Shown here piece after piece: positions 51,101-59,078 of a DNA stretch of 64,000 nucleotides. The position numbers and the translations under genes are program-made. Below the pieces are notes generated by a model. The model saw only the letters and a program-made list of their open reading frames with translations. It was not told the origin of the DNA and did not search any database. Numbering within the stretch: position 1 is the stretch's first letter; the number at the start of each line of letters is the position of its first letter. This DNA comes from Methanobacterium sp. UBA410 (lineage in GTDB: Archaea; Methanobacteriota; Methanobacteria; Methanobacteriales; Methanobacteriaceae), in contig DAHH01000019.1 of NCBI GenBank assembly GCA_002498385.1, forward strand, positions 1,772 through 65,771, written 5' to 3'.

Positions 51101-52306
51101 CTTGCAATATCCAGAATATTTGCCCCACCAGAAAATGATTACGGTGCACTCATCAGCCAGTCTGTGAAGCAGAGCTGGACCTGGAGCAATTCCGCAGAAC
51201 TTGCAGAGAACTACCTGAACAGAATGGGACACATTTACTCCTCTGAAAACTGGGGAACCTACAGTGCAAAAGCATTCAAAAGAGCCCTCACAGGAGTTTC
51301 TAAAGTTTTCACAAGCAGGGACACAAACTTATACGGTATACTTGACAACGATGACTTTTTCGATTACTGGGGGGGTCTTTCACTGGCAATAACTGCAGTG
51401 AACGGTCAGACACCTGACATGTATGTTTTAAAATATGGTAGTGGTACTAAACCAGGAGTTATGGGCATTGAACAGTTCCTTAACAGGGAATTGAACACCA
51501 GATACTACAACCCACAGTGGATCCGGGGAATGATGAGCAGTGGGTATGCCGGTGCAGGATACATGCAGAAATTCGTATCCAACCTCTGGGGATGGCAGGT
51601 TACAAGGTCAAGCGCGGTTCAGAACTGGATGTGGGACAACATAGTTGACACATACCTCAAAGATAAAAACAACCTTGGGGTTACACAGTTCCTTGAAAAC
51701 GGTAACAATGCCTATGCCATGATAAGTATGACGGGAACGCTTTTAACGGCTGCTTACAATGGTTACTGGAAGACGGATCAGGCAACCTTACAGATGGTTG
51801 CAAATGAATGGGCTCGCATGGTTATTGAACATGGTGTGGCCTGCTGTGACTGTAGCTGCGGTAACATTGCCATGATGAAGTGGGCTGTTCAGTACATCAA
51901 TGTGGACATGCTGGCGCAGTTTAAAAGTCAATTATATGCTGCAACTCAGAATTCTGCATTTGCTCCTTCATCGCAGCAGCAGACAAATCCCGGTGAAAGT
52001 CAATCTTCTCAAAGTCAGTCCGGTCAGTCTCAATCTGGCCAGTCCAGTGCTCAGGGTAGTTCTCAGGGACAATCCAGTGGTTCAAATCAGGGTCAAAGTC
52101 CGGCAGGTGTTGGGACTTCATCTGGACAGTCATCCTCTGAGTCGGGCCAAGGATCCTCTGGAGATCAGGGTAAAGCCAGTGAGGTAACTCCTGTAAGCCA
52201 AAGTTCCTCTTCACAGACAGGAATGCCAATAGCAGCCATATTTGGTATTATTGCAATTGTCTGCCTTGTTGGTGTGGGGTACTTTAGGGGCAAAGGTAAA
52301 TTCTAA
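45122..52306 (+). CDS. giant secreted, C-terminally anchored DUF3344-like / CARDB / CobN-type chelatase-domain fusion protein
   Basis: Signal peptide 'IFMLLFLTLFSLTICGTASADSS'. The N-domain is homologous to the N-terminus of the previous protein ('NGTVSGGLY', 'VYSGN', 'RVTSDYIMCYDVTSL', 'AYNDGDSDKIAYWVN'). CARDB 'LPDLQVSNI...', 'LPDLVPVSI...'. CobN signatures 'FVGRHATHEWLPGKE', 'AKRRGSAVIIDHLTPP', 'DYWGG'. Ser/Gln-rich linker, TM helix, and a 'RGKGKF' tail. The TTG at 45137, 8 nt after GGAGG, is an alternative start. Confidence 0.85.
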   Translation: MEAHKLANKKVKINIFMLLFLTLFSLTICGTASADSSVGGQPVVTVLNGTVSGGLYNDSYYGINGSEDHQNVTYNFKDLPSNAQVQNATLYVAVYSGNMQSDHITCANVTFNGKQIDSQTLDTHYNSPSSGGNDNTAYGGTRRDPYLIVNNHTVRVTSDYIMCYDVTSLVKQKNMAYVDTVGSYDGGIKLITLIVAYNDGDSDKIAYWVNFGQDVCDSNDSGNTTFGGLPVDDTVNSAILKVIHLASADGIYHFNSAHDSMDNILSNSSPVGSYSGSDTWDVTSMYKKGTENTLIYHRSLAYYKLVLALLTVNYTEPAVKLPDLQVSNIICNPDAIKLSGNLFSDSSNTIKATVKNLGSLDAGQFKMVLKVGNYIETKVIKGLASGASTIVSFTGFLPITNGLVTLDVTADSDGQITEANETNNMAAKSVNVVTSILPDLVPVSISVPSDLKVDTAYPVTVTVVNEGVKSSGKTRVILWATNIKTGDKVEVGSMDLDSLPVNGTKVLTFSWTPKLYTTYNLTAEVDPDGSIEELDETNNKKVDVEYVKEPGSTMIFLTSDNNGVNILDSAAREVLKQYPKIDFKIRTGTEISNMDTSELRTYLLNCDIFIGTWVTTEAYEAINATLTAYPDLINVIAGKKVFLVLEPPASTVSNAINFMNYSVIDGVKLLGNFTSDDLTAYYQNTERGTDYNQVLKYVESGTLATLIKSYEGASSDVKTSIVSQVKSIINIFNIGSNIQNLTGDNLINAVKAYLSLVTLTTSYSSAGTDERNKIAAKIQELIKNYNFNSFTDEMNACVALETLVDNYQNASTDEDKTKIVSRLENIIKDITAYTAATSDSDRANILHDFKSLIGSTGTDADAVTMMVQVRSILEDVTGMKLENLTADENLTGNVTAILKYRGVFNDYLIGAVSKYTGSTVVTDLDLPDLFDKAVLYKDLNDASRAKDMILWALSLDGFVTTYNEPPSFSSTPSYGIYRNKWYSYVDSDGVWHTGLEEYEKEYFKSGQPCVGLLESTMYVTGNGLQPYYAIIAALEAKGINVIPIVAYGGTAAQLEAMLEIFTNATSYDKFILNPSAYKVNLDAVVDMVAYGLGGTDFSEIIPFFNALNVEVVAAVHSDFETNAQYALGTSGLNALTGDKWWHIAILEDQGIVDPIFVGGKAETVDPLTGTTISSYVPYEQNIELLANKISSWTALKYLSNAAKKVALIYYNYPPGKQNIAASYLDPVQSILNLLNVLKQNGYNVQNIPSNAALLLDEMMAQGTNIASWAQGLVEILANNNGSLLDELKAYQENDTYKVDLTKLDKTELEKLANTPGVILYSADDFMKWFNQLDDLVKLDITEGPVAYIGELCKRAVALGYVDNMDSVIDSWYSQMVSLLPDNQTNVALPILTNLISELKVYVDYNSTAAYNKYLNYKKEFLAIEIKGMSGWGDFPGNVMTVVKNGIKYFVLPGIQFGNVLIAPEPQRGWEGNAEQLYHNSVVPPDYQYLAFYAYLQQQGYNAMVFVGRHATHEWLPGKEVLEDADDFTSIVTGNVPQIYFYIVDGVAEGITAKRRGSAVIIDHLTPPMGFTSLYGGMSDLESLVEDYDGADDAGKASIIIKIKETVKDNNLAADIGIDINNLSSDKIIKLINEYLEAVTNTFYPYGVDVLGQNWTDDQIALLVTSMLSVPFNVGGGNETSLQNEIALLMRGKTYDSLNAAEQNAVQEKCIEVVKELLQSDVTTVANKLTPNPTENLQTALKKAVTYCNEIKESVNNEINSFLNALNGGYITPGPANDPINNPEALPTGRNFYQDQAAEIPTKQAYQNAKDLVLATLEGSDLKDTVKKIVVGIWDVETARDNGELIAMILCLLGMEPQWTDSPSAGSGGAKLKEMPIYDELSSLVRPDGWGKKRIDVVVVIDGNFRDLYSRQLGLLDKAFRVALARSYYTLLNNATLQSKYGDKMKTALDAVLLDIGYYGLGSEPLDDNYVAYDWVDDFQYYMDEGMNCTEAGELAISRIFAPPENDYGALISQSVKQSWTWSNSAELAENYLNRMGHIYSSENWGTYSAKAFKRALTGVSKVFTSRDTNLYGILDNDDFFDYWGGLSLAITAVNGQTPDMYVLKYGSGTKPGVMGIEQFLNRELNTRYYNPQWIRGMMSSGYAGAGYMQKFVSNLWGWQVTRSSAVQNWMWDNIVDTYLKDKNNLGVTQFLENGNNAYAMISMTGTLLTAAYNGYWKTDQATLQMVANEWARMVIEHGVACCDCSCGNIAMMKWAVQYINVDMLAQFKSQLYAATQNSAFAPSSQQQTNPGESQSSQSQSGQSQSGQSSAQGSSQGQSSGSNQGQSPAGVGTSSGQSSSESGQGSSGDQGKASEVTPVSQSSSSQTGMPIAAIFGIIAIVCLVGVGYFRGKGKF

Positions 52307-52846
52307 AAATATTTTTCTTTTTTTCTTTTTTTAGATTAGTAAGATAATTTGTAATTAGTTTTAAAAATTAGTTTTTTGCAGATTCTGGATCAGCGCATGA
52401 TTATTTTAAAAATCCTGTAAAAAAAGTAGTTTCTGAAATGTTTAGAGTGTTTCAAACCCCTTGAAATTCAAGTTAATTCTATAAAAAGTTCTAAGAATAT
52501 GTTTTAGATCTCTATTTTGAATCCAAACTTCAAGGAGGAAATAGAGGATCTAAACTATTAAAACAAGAGTTAGATCCCGGTTACCCATTTTTTTCTATTT
52601 TGATGTTTTTTTTAGGAGGTTTAAAACTGTTCAGTGGTGGAATTAATTATTGGTCTCATCACCACACTTGCTTGTGCACCACAGTATATAAAGCTTTCTT
52701 TATTTTTTATCAAGTAACTGTGAAAAAAATAGTAAATTATATAAGTCATATTTACTTTACTTTTTTTCATGTACATTTGATTAATTTGGATTGATTGTTG
52801 AATGTACAATAAAAAATTTCTTATAAAAAGTGAAGGAGGTGAAAAT

Positions 52847-55800
52847 GTGAAAAAGCAAGTGTTATTACTATTTTTTGGTCTTATTATTGGAATTACAGTT
52901 TTTGGATCAGCGGTTTCAGCTGCCGACGTGAATTCTAATGTTAATGGCGCTCAAATTCAGATGGATAGTGATGTTTCAAACAGTACTGTAAATCCATCCG
53001 GTATTAATGCATCAACAGTAGTCGTGAATTCTCAAGGTTCAAACAACTGTGAGGATTCAGATTATAATGTTACAGCAGGTACTGATCCAGAAATTACCCT
53101 GAATGTTAATCTTGAACATCCAAAAGCACTTTCCAATAATTTACCAACAGTAACGGTAACAGATTCAGATGGTAAAACCATAGGTGATGTAACAGTAACA
53201 AAAACTGGAGACAAACAGTACAAAGTGAACTTCACAAGCGATAAAAAGAACTTCAACTTAACAGTTGGTGCAGGAGGACATGTACCTCAAACAGTGAACG
53301 TATCAGTCTCACAAAAAAACGCCAGCGATTCTACACGCTACGGTGAAGCAACAGTAAACCTGAGGGTTTACAATCTACTTATAATCAGTGGATCTCCAAA
53401 TTATGCCAAGAACTTCGTTGATTCGAATAGGGAATTAAGAGATAAAGGTTACTACTTTAATTTGAACTTTTTCACCACAACTGATGTAATATCCGGTGAT
53501 CCCAATGTGCAAAACAAGATAAAAAAAATGGCTTCAAGGGCAGACCTTATCATTCTTGAAATGATGAGTGAACAGGACACAGTTTCAATGGTAAGAAAAC
53601 TTATAAATGGCACAAATGCCAAGATAATGGCTTTAAGATGTGGTGTGACATTTTTAAATGACCCAATCATTGACTCAAACGACACTGAACTGACGGCTTA
53701 CTGGGATGGAACGGGTACAGAGAACATGGCAAGATTCCAGTTAAAAGCACTTCAAAAAGTGGGAATGAATGTTGACCCTTCCGAAGATCTGAGTGTTGTT
53801 AATTATCCAACTGAGTTCATTTACCATCCAGATTCTAACATATCAATGTTTTCAACGTGGGATGACTACCTGAAATGGTACATGCAGAGTGGTCATTACA
53901 AATCGGGAGCCCCATGGGTTGGAATAATGATGTATGGGTCAATGTTTTTCGGTGGAAACAGTGATATGGCTATGAGTATACTCAGAAGCCTTGAAGCAAA
54001 GGGTTTAAATGTGATTTTAGCTGTAACTACATCCACTGATAAAGCCAGAGTAAATGCAATCCTCAAATATTTCTTGGACGGTGATCTAAGTAGAATAAAT
54101 GCCCTTGTGGCCTGTGTGGGTTTCAACATCATTTACAATAACCCACAAAACAGTACAGATCTACTTAAAAAAATGGATATACCCATATTTGCACCGATAT
54201 ATGCTTCAGACCTTGAAGCATGGAAAAATAGTTCTGGTGGATTGTCTAGTGAGGTTTACTGGCAGGTTGCATGGCCAGAGATGGAAGGAAGGATAGAACC
54301 CATTATAATGGGTGGTGTAGAGTCTGGAGAAACAGATCCGTACACAAGCATCACAGTTAAAAACTATGAACCGATAGCAGATCGGATAGAAAGAATAGCA
54401 AACAGAGTACTGAACTGGGTAGAACTTCAAACTCTCCCCAACAGTGGGAAGAAAATAGCTTTGATCTATTACAACACTGCAGGGGGTAAAGATGGTGTTG
54501 GTGCTTCTTACCTCAACGTATCTGAAAGCATATCTGAAATTCTAAAAGCTCTCAAAGCAGCAGGTTACAATTTATCAGATGATTATTCAGTGGATTCCAT
54601 AATTAAGCTGCTTTTAACTGCGGGTAACAACGTTGGTTCCTGGGCTCCGGGAGAGCTTAAAAAGGTTGTGGATGCAGGTGCGATAACCATACCCGTTAAT
54701 GAATACATGCAGTGGTTTAATGCTTTACCTGAAGAACTTAGAAATGAAGTTATCGTTAAATGGGGTCCAGCTCCTGGTAATGTCATGGTTTATGAAGATA
54801 AAATCGTTTTACCTGGCATAATGTTGGGTAATATTTTTGTTGGAGCTCAACCAATGCGTGGATGGGGAGAAGATCCTGCGCAGATAGCTCACTCTCCAAC
54901 CTTACCACCAACTCACCAGTACATAGCCTTTTACATGTGGCTACAAAATGAAATGAAGGCCAATGCAGCCATACATCTGGGAACACACGGAACACTGGAA
55001 TGGTTGCCAGGAAAAAGTGTGGGATTAAGTGGTGATGACTGGCCGGATGTTCTAATGGGAAACATACCTGACATATATCCATATATTGTGGATAACCCTG
55101 GAGAAGGAACTCAGGCCAAAAGAAGGGGTTATGCAGTGATAATTGATCACATGACTGCTCCTGAAATAAGCTCAGGGCTCTATGGAGATCTTTCAGACCT
55201 GCAGACTCTGATAAACAGCTACGACAGTACCACCGATGAGGAACGTAAAAATGTTCTTGAAAAGCAGATCAGGGAACTTGTAACCAAACTGCATCTGGAC
55301 CAGGATCTGGGAATCAACATGGATACTGAAGCTTTCAACAACATTAAAAATGATGTTGAACACAAATTGCAGGATATTTCAACAACACTCATGCCTTACG
55401 GTCTTCATACCTTTGGAGTTACCCTAAATGGTACAATTCTGGATCAGATGATTGAATCCATAGTCAGCTTTGACCCAGCAACTAGGGACAACCAGGAATT
55501 CAGAGACAAATTAAGAGAGGAACTTTCTAAAAACTATGAAATAGAAGATTTATTGACAGTATTGAGTGGAAAATTTGTATCGCCTGCTTTGGGTGGTGAT
55601 CCAATTCGTAAACCTGATGTTTTGCCGACTGGTATGAACTTTTATTCATTTGATCCAAGATCAGCGCCAGATAAAACTGCCTGGGAAATTGGTAAGAATA
55701 TGGCCGATGACATGATTGCAGATTACTACCAGAAAAATGGTCACTACCCAGAATCAGTAGGAGTTGTTTTATGGTCAACTGAAACCATGCGTACCAACGG

Positions 55801-57283
55801 TCAAACTATAGCCATGATACTCAGGTACATGGGCTTAGAACCGGTCTGGGATTCCTCAGGAAGATTCAAAAGCTTTAAAGTAACACCATTGAGTGAGCTT
55901 CAGAGGCCTCGTTTGGACGTCATGGTAACCATAAGCGGTCTTTTCAGAGACACCTTCTCTTACACAATTGATGTTTTAGACCGGGCCTGTCGTGAAGTTG
56001 GAAGCCTACAGGAAAGTAACAGTGACAACTACGTTAAAAAACACTATCAAAATGACTACAATAAATATATACAGGAAGGAATGAGTTCTAAAGATGCAGC
56101 AAAATTTGCAGGAGCCCGTATATTCGGCCCTGCTGCTGAAGGTTATGGAACAGGAATTGCGGCACAGGTACCTTCAACTTCAGGATGGAAGGACCAATCA
56201 GATCTTGTGGATACTTACCTATCAAGAATGTCCTACATTTATGGCAGTGGAAACTACGGTGTTCAGGCAACTGAAACCTTTAAAGACCAGCTTAAAAATG
56301 TGCAGGCAACTGTACAGGTCAGAGACAATAATTATGGGCTTCTGGACAACGACGACGTGTACCAGTACCTCGGTGGTTTAACCATGGCTGCAAAAAGTCT
56401 TTCTGGCCAGGATGTAAATGTTTACATAGCAAACACCAGATCACAACCAAGAATAGAAACTTTGGGAAGCTTCCTGAGTAACGAACTTCGAACCAGACTC
56501 TACAATCCTAAATGGATTCAGGGAATGCTTAATGAAGGTTTTTCAGGGGCTCATGAGATAGATCAGGAACTAGGAAACTTTTTCGGCTGGAATGCTGTTA
56601 CTCCAGGTGCTATAAGTGATTGGATGTGGCAGGGTATGGCTCAAACTTATGCGTTTGATTCAAGTGTCCGAAGCCAGATGCTTCAGGCAAATCCTTATGC
56701 TTACACTTCGATGCTTGGGTGGATGCTTGAGGCAGGTAGAAGAGGCATGTGGAATGTTGATAAGACAACTCTAACGGAACTTGCCAATCAGTACGCTAGT
56801 TACACGAATCAGTACGGTGTTACATGTTGTCATCACACCTGTGCGAACATCATGTTCAACCAGTGGGTTGTTCAGGCTTCTTCCTTAAATAGCGGCCAAC
56901 TGCAGCAGTTTGCAAGTGTTGTGGCTGCTGCCACAGGTAAGAGCATAAGTGTTCCAAGTGGTTCAAGCAGTCAATCTGGTTCTCAGAGTTCCAGTGGGTC
57001 TCACTCTTCTTCGTCTGTGACTCCTGGTCTCAGTGCATCTGCAAGTAAAGTTCAGGGCAGTGCATCTGGTGCACAGTCAAGTTCTGCATCTCAGAGTGGT
57101 TCAGCTGGTTCTCAAAGTAGTTCTACCAGTGGATCCAGTAGTAAAAATGCGCATGAGATCTCTCCAGTGAGCTCTCAAAGTTCTTCAGCAGCATCTGGAG
57201 TTTCTTTTGCAGCCATAATTGGGGTAATATGCATTGTGTGTCTTGTTGCTGTGGGATACTTTAGAACTAGAAGAAATATTTAA
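52847..57283 (+). CDS. secreted, C-terminally anchored CobN-type chelatase-domain protein (paralog of the previous gene's C-terminal part)
   Basis: GTG start 5 nt after GGAGGTG. Signal peptide 'VLLLFFGLIIGITVFGSAVSAADV'. CobN signatures 'HLGTHGTLEWLPGKS', 'AKRRGYAVIIDHMTAP', 'LPTGMNFYSFDP', 'VYQYLGG'. Ser-rich linker, TM 'FAAIIGVICIVCLVAVGYF', and a 'RTRRNI' tail. Confidence 0.85.
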   Translation: MKKQVLLLFFGLIIGITVFGSAVSAADVNSNVNGAQIQMDSDVSNSTVNPSGINASTVVVNSQGSNNCEDSDYNVTAGTDPEITLNVNLEHPKALSNNLPTVTVTDSDGKTIGDVTVTKTGDKQYKVNFTSDKKNFNLTVGAGGHVPQTVNVSVSQKNASDSTRYGEATVNLRVYNLLIISGSPNYAKNFVDSNRELRDKGYYFNLNFFTTTDVISGDPNVQNKIKKMASRADLIILEMMSEQDTVSMVRKLINGTNAKIMALRCGVTFLNDPIIDSNDTELTAYWDGTGTENMARFQLKALQKVGMNVDPSEDLSVVNYPTEFIYHPDSNISMFSTWDDYLKWYMQSGHYKSGAPWVGIMMYGSMFFGGNSDMAMSILRSLEAKGLNVILAVTTSTDKARVNAILKYFLDGDLSRINALVACVGFNIIYNNPQNSTDLLKKMDIPIFAPIYASDLEAWKNSSGGLSSEVYWQVAWPEMEGRIEPIIMGGVESGETDPYTSITVKNYEPIADRIERIANRVLNWVELQTLPNSGKKIALIYYNTAGGKDGVGASYLNVSESISEILKALKAAGYNLSDDYSVDSIIKLLLTAGNNVGSWAPGELKKVVDAGAITIPVNEYMQWFNALPEELRNEVIVKWGPAPGNVMVYEDKIVLPGIMLGNIFVGAQPMRGWGEDPAQIAHSPTLPPTHQYIAFYMWLQNEMKANAAIHLGTHGTLEWLPGKSVGLSGDDWPDVLMGNIPDIYPYIVDNPGEGTQAKRRGYAVIIDHMTAPEISSGLYGDLSDLQTLINSYDSTTDEERKNVLEKQIRELVTKLHLDQDLGINMDTEAFNNIKNDVEHKLQDISTTLMPYGLHTFGVTLNGTILDQMIESIVSFDPATRDNQEFRDKLREELSKNYEIEDLLTVLSGKFVSPALGGDPIRKPDVLPTGMNFYSFDPRSAPDKTAWEIGKNMADDMIADYYQKNGHYPESVGVVLWSTETMRTNGQTIAMILRYMGLEPVWDSSGRFKSFKVTPLSELQRPRLDVMVTISGLFRDTFSYTIDVLDRACREVGSLQESNSDNYVKKHYQNDYNKYIQEGMSSKDAAKFAGARIFGPAAEGYGTGIAAQVPSTSGWKDQSDLVDTYLSRMSYIYGSGNYGVQATETFKDQLKNVQATVQVRDNNYGLLDNDDVYQYLGGLTMAAKSLSGQDVNVYIANTRSQPRIETLGSFLSNELRTRLYNPKWIQGMLNEGFSGAHEIDQELGNFFGWNAVTPGAISDWMWQGMAQTYAFDSSVRSQMLQANPYAYTSMLGWMLEAGRRGMWNVDKTTLTELANQYASYTNQYGVTCCHHTCANIMFNQWVVQASSLNSGQLQQFASVVAAATGKSISVPSGSSSQSGSQSSSGSHSSSSVTPGLSASASKVQGSASGAQSSSASQSGSAGSQSSSTSGSSSKNAHEISPVSSQSSSAASGVSFAAIIGVICIVCLVAVGYFRTRRNI

Positions 57284-57288
57284 TTTTT

Positions 57289-57317
57289 GGGGTTTAAACC
57301 CTTTATTTTATTTTTTA
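57289..57317 (+). terminator. candidate terminator: GGGTTTAAACCC palindrome followed by a T-rich tract
   Basis: Lies 6 nt after the stop of the CobN paralog: 'ggggtttaaaccc tttattttatttttt'. Confidence 0.35.
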
Positions 57318-57667
57318 AATCATTGGATCAAAGTTTTTAGGATTTTATTTTTGGTTTTAAGGTGATATTTTCTTGTTTTGCTCAGTTATTGATGTTTGTT
57401 GGTTTTAAGTTTCATAGGAAAATAGATTTTTCAGATGGTTTTTTTTGGACTGTTTTTAATCAAAAACTTTAAATATTCCATTTATCTTTAATTTTTATAA
57501 AGTATTCTTGATTAGGGGGAATGGCTAAACCAAAGAAGTTACAAAAAGGATTCGATCATATGCGAATAAGTTTTAAATAGATTAATGTATTACTTAAAGG
57601 CTTAAAAACAGCTTTAAAGTAATAATATTTATCAAATGAAAAGTATTATATGCTCAAAGAATAAATC

Positions 57668-58387
57668 ATGGAAATGATTAAAATGATTGAGTTACTATGG
57701 AAATTAGGAGTTCTATCAGCAGTTCTGGTTTTTGGAGTGAAGATTGGACTGGCAATGGGATTTGCAGGTTTGTCTAAAAAACTGGCAGCTTTGATCACCT
57801 TTGGATACGGTGGTGGGATACTTATCCTGTCAAAACTGGCTGAGGCTTATACAAGCGTTCTTTATAATGTTATCTATAACTACAGCAGTGTTGCTTTCAT
57901 GTTGATGGCGTTGATCATTTTTGTTGCAGGGTTCCACACCATTAAGGAGTGGAAGAAGAACAAGAAGAACCATGCAAAGGCCACATGTGCAGCCATGATA
58001 GCACCTTGCCCATGTTGTTTTGGGGCAGTTATAACTGCGATCATAATTGTATCACCAATAATTGGAGCTTCATCTTTCTTTGTTGGAAAGTACGCAGCAA
58101 TATTTTTGATGGTGTTCATAGGTGTTTTCTACCTGTTATCCGATGTGATCGTGAGGATCAGCAGGAAACCCTTCCCGGTTTTGCTGGGTAACTTCATGCT
58201 CTTTGTTGGATTGTACTTCCTCGCATCTGCCCTGATCATGCCAAACATCAGCTCGGTTTTAGCATCGCCCATGTCCAAAGTGGAAATTCCTTCAGTTGCA
58301 AACATGGTTTACGTGTTGATCGTGGTTGTAGCTTTGCTGGCATTGGGAATTTATAAAACAAGGAAAACCAGTTCTCTGATAAATTAA
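57668..58387 (+). CDS. polytopic membrane protein (DUF2162-like predicted transporter) with an intramembrane Cys cluster
   Basis: About 6-7 hydrophobic helices. 'TCAAMIAPCPCCFGAVITAIIIV' lies in a predicted TM segment. The family name is from memory. Confidence 0.7.
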   Translation: MEMIKMIELLWKLGVLSAVLVFGVKIGLAMGFAGLSKKLAALITFGYGGGILILSKLAEAYTSVLYNVIYNYSSVAFMLMALIIFVAGFHTIKEWKKNKKNHAKATCAAMIAPCPCCFGAVITAIIIVSPIIGASSFFVGKYAAIFLMVFIGVFYLLSDVIVRISRKPFPVLLGNFMLFVGLYFLASALIMPNISSVLASPMSKVEIPSVANMVYVLIVVVALLALGIYKTRKTSSLIN

Positions 58388-58403
58388 GGTGAGGGGTGAA
58401 TCA

Positions 58404-59078
58404 ATGGTATCAATTCCGGGCAGTGACTTGCTTAGTGGAGCTTTACACGTGGTTTCGCAGAGTCTTCTCATACCAGTAATGGTGACTCTGTTAATATTTC
58501 TAGTTTATGCAGTGATTGAGGTAGGAGGAATCCTATCTGAATATTCAAGTAGAATCAAGCTTGATGCAGCTCAAGTTGAGCTCATTGTAAAAGGCATCAC
58601 TGTTGCAACTACATCATCTGATATATGCAGGGTTGTAGAAAACACTGAACTTCCACGTGAACACAAAGACGTACTTATAAAAATTGCAAACAATATTGAA
58701 ATGGCTCCAAAGGCCAGGGAAACACTTGCAAGAAAATTAATTGAAGATGAAGAATTGAAGGCAGAAAAAAGAGTTGAAAAGACGGATATTATTGGTAAAG
58801 TTGGGCCTGCAATAGGTCTTATGGGTACGTTAATCCCACTGGGCCCAGGACTTTCAGCCATGGGTTCCGGAGATATAACCACGCTATCCAAACATTTGAT
58901 AATTGCGTTTGATGCTGCAGTTATTGGAATGGCCACAGCATCAATTGGATACACAATATCCAAGATCAGGAGGAGATGGTATGATGATCAGCTTTCAACT
59001 CTGGATGCACTTGCAGAATCAATACTGGAGGTTTTAGAAGATGTTAAGGCGGAGACGAAGACTGTCGTCTTCCAGTGA
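58404..59078 (+). CDS. MotA/TolQ/ExbB-family proton-channel protein
   Basis: Three-TM topology and the family core 'GPAIGLMGTLIPLGPGLSAMG...IIAFDAAVIGMATASIGYTISKIRRRWY'. ATG at 58404 follows GGTGAGGGGTGA, 17 nt after the DUF2162 stop. Confidence 0.8.
   Translation: MVSIPGSDLLSGALHVVSQSLLIPVMVTLLIFLVYAVIEVGGILSEYSSRIKLDAAQVELIVKGITVATTSSDICRVVENTELPREHKDVLIKIANNIEMAPKARETLARKLIEDEELKAEKRVEKTDIIGKVGPAIGLMGTLIPLGPGLSAMGSGDITTLSKHLIIAFDAAVIGMATASIGYTISKIRRRWYDDQLSTLDALAESILEVLEDVKAETKTVVFQ

Noticed and set aside
51900-52229. ORFs 51900-52187 (+) and 51921-52229 (-) inside the end of the giant gene.
   Set aside because: These are alternative frames of the Ser/Gln repeat DNA. Low-complexity repeats stay open in several frames.
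52600-52809. ORFs 52600-52794 (+) and 52621-52809 (-) upstream of the second CobN gene.
   Set aside because: They are mutually overlapping, AT-rich, without RBS, and lie in the probable promoter region.
57284-57667. Possible metal or B12 riboswitch, or NikR operator, upstream of the DUF2162/ExbB/ExbD genes.
   Set aside because: I found no conserved B12-box-like element, no extended helices and no clear palindrome by eye. Cobalamin riboswitches are not established in archaea. This is unresolved rather than positive.
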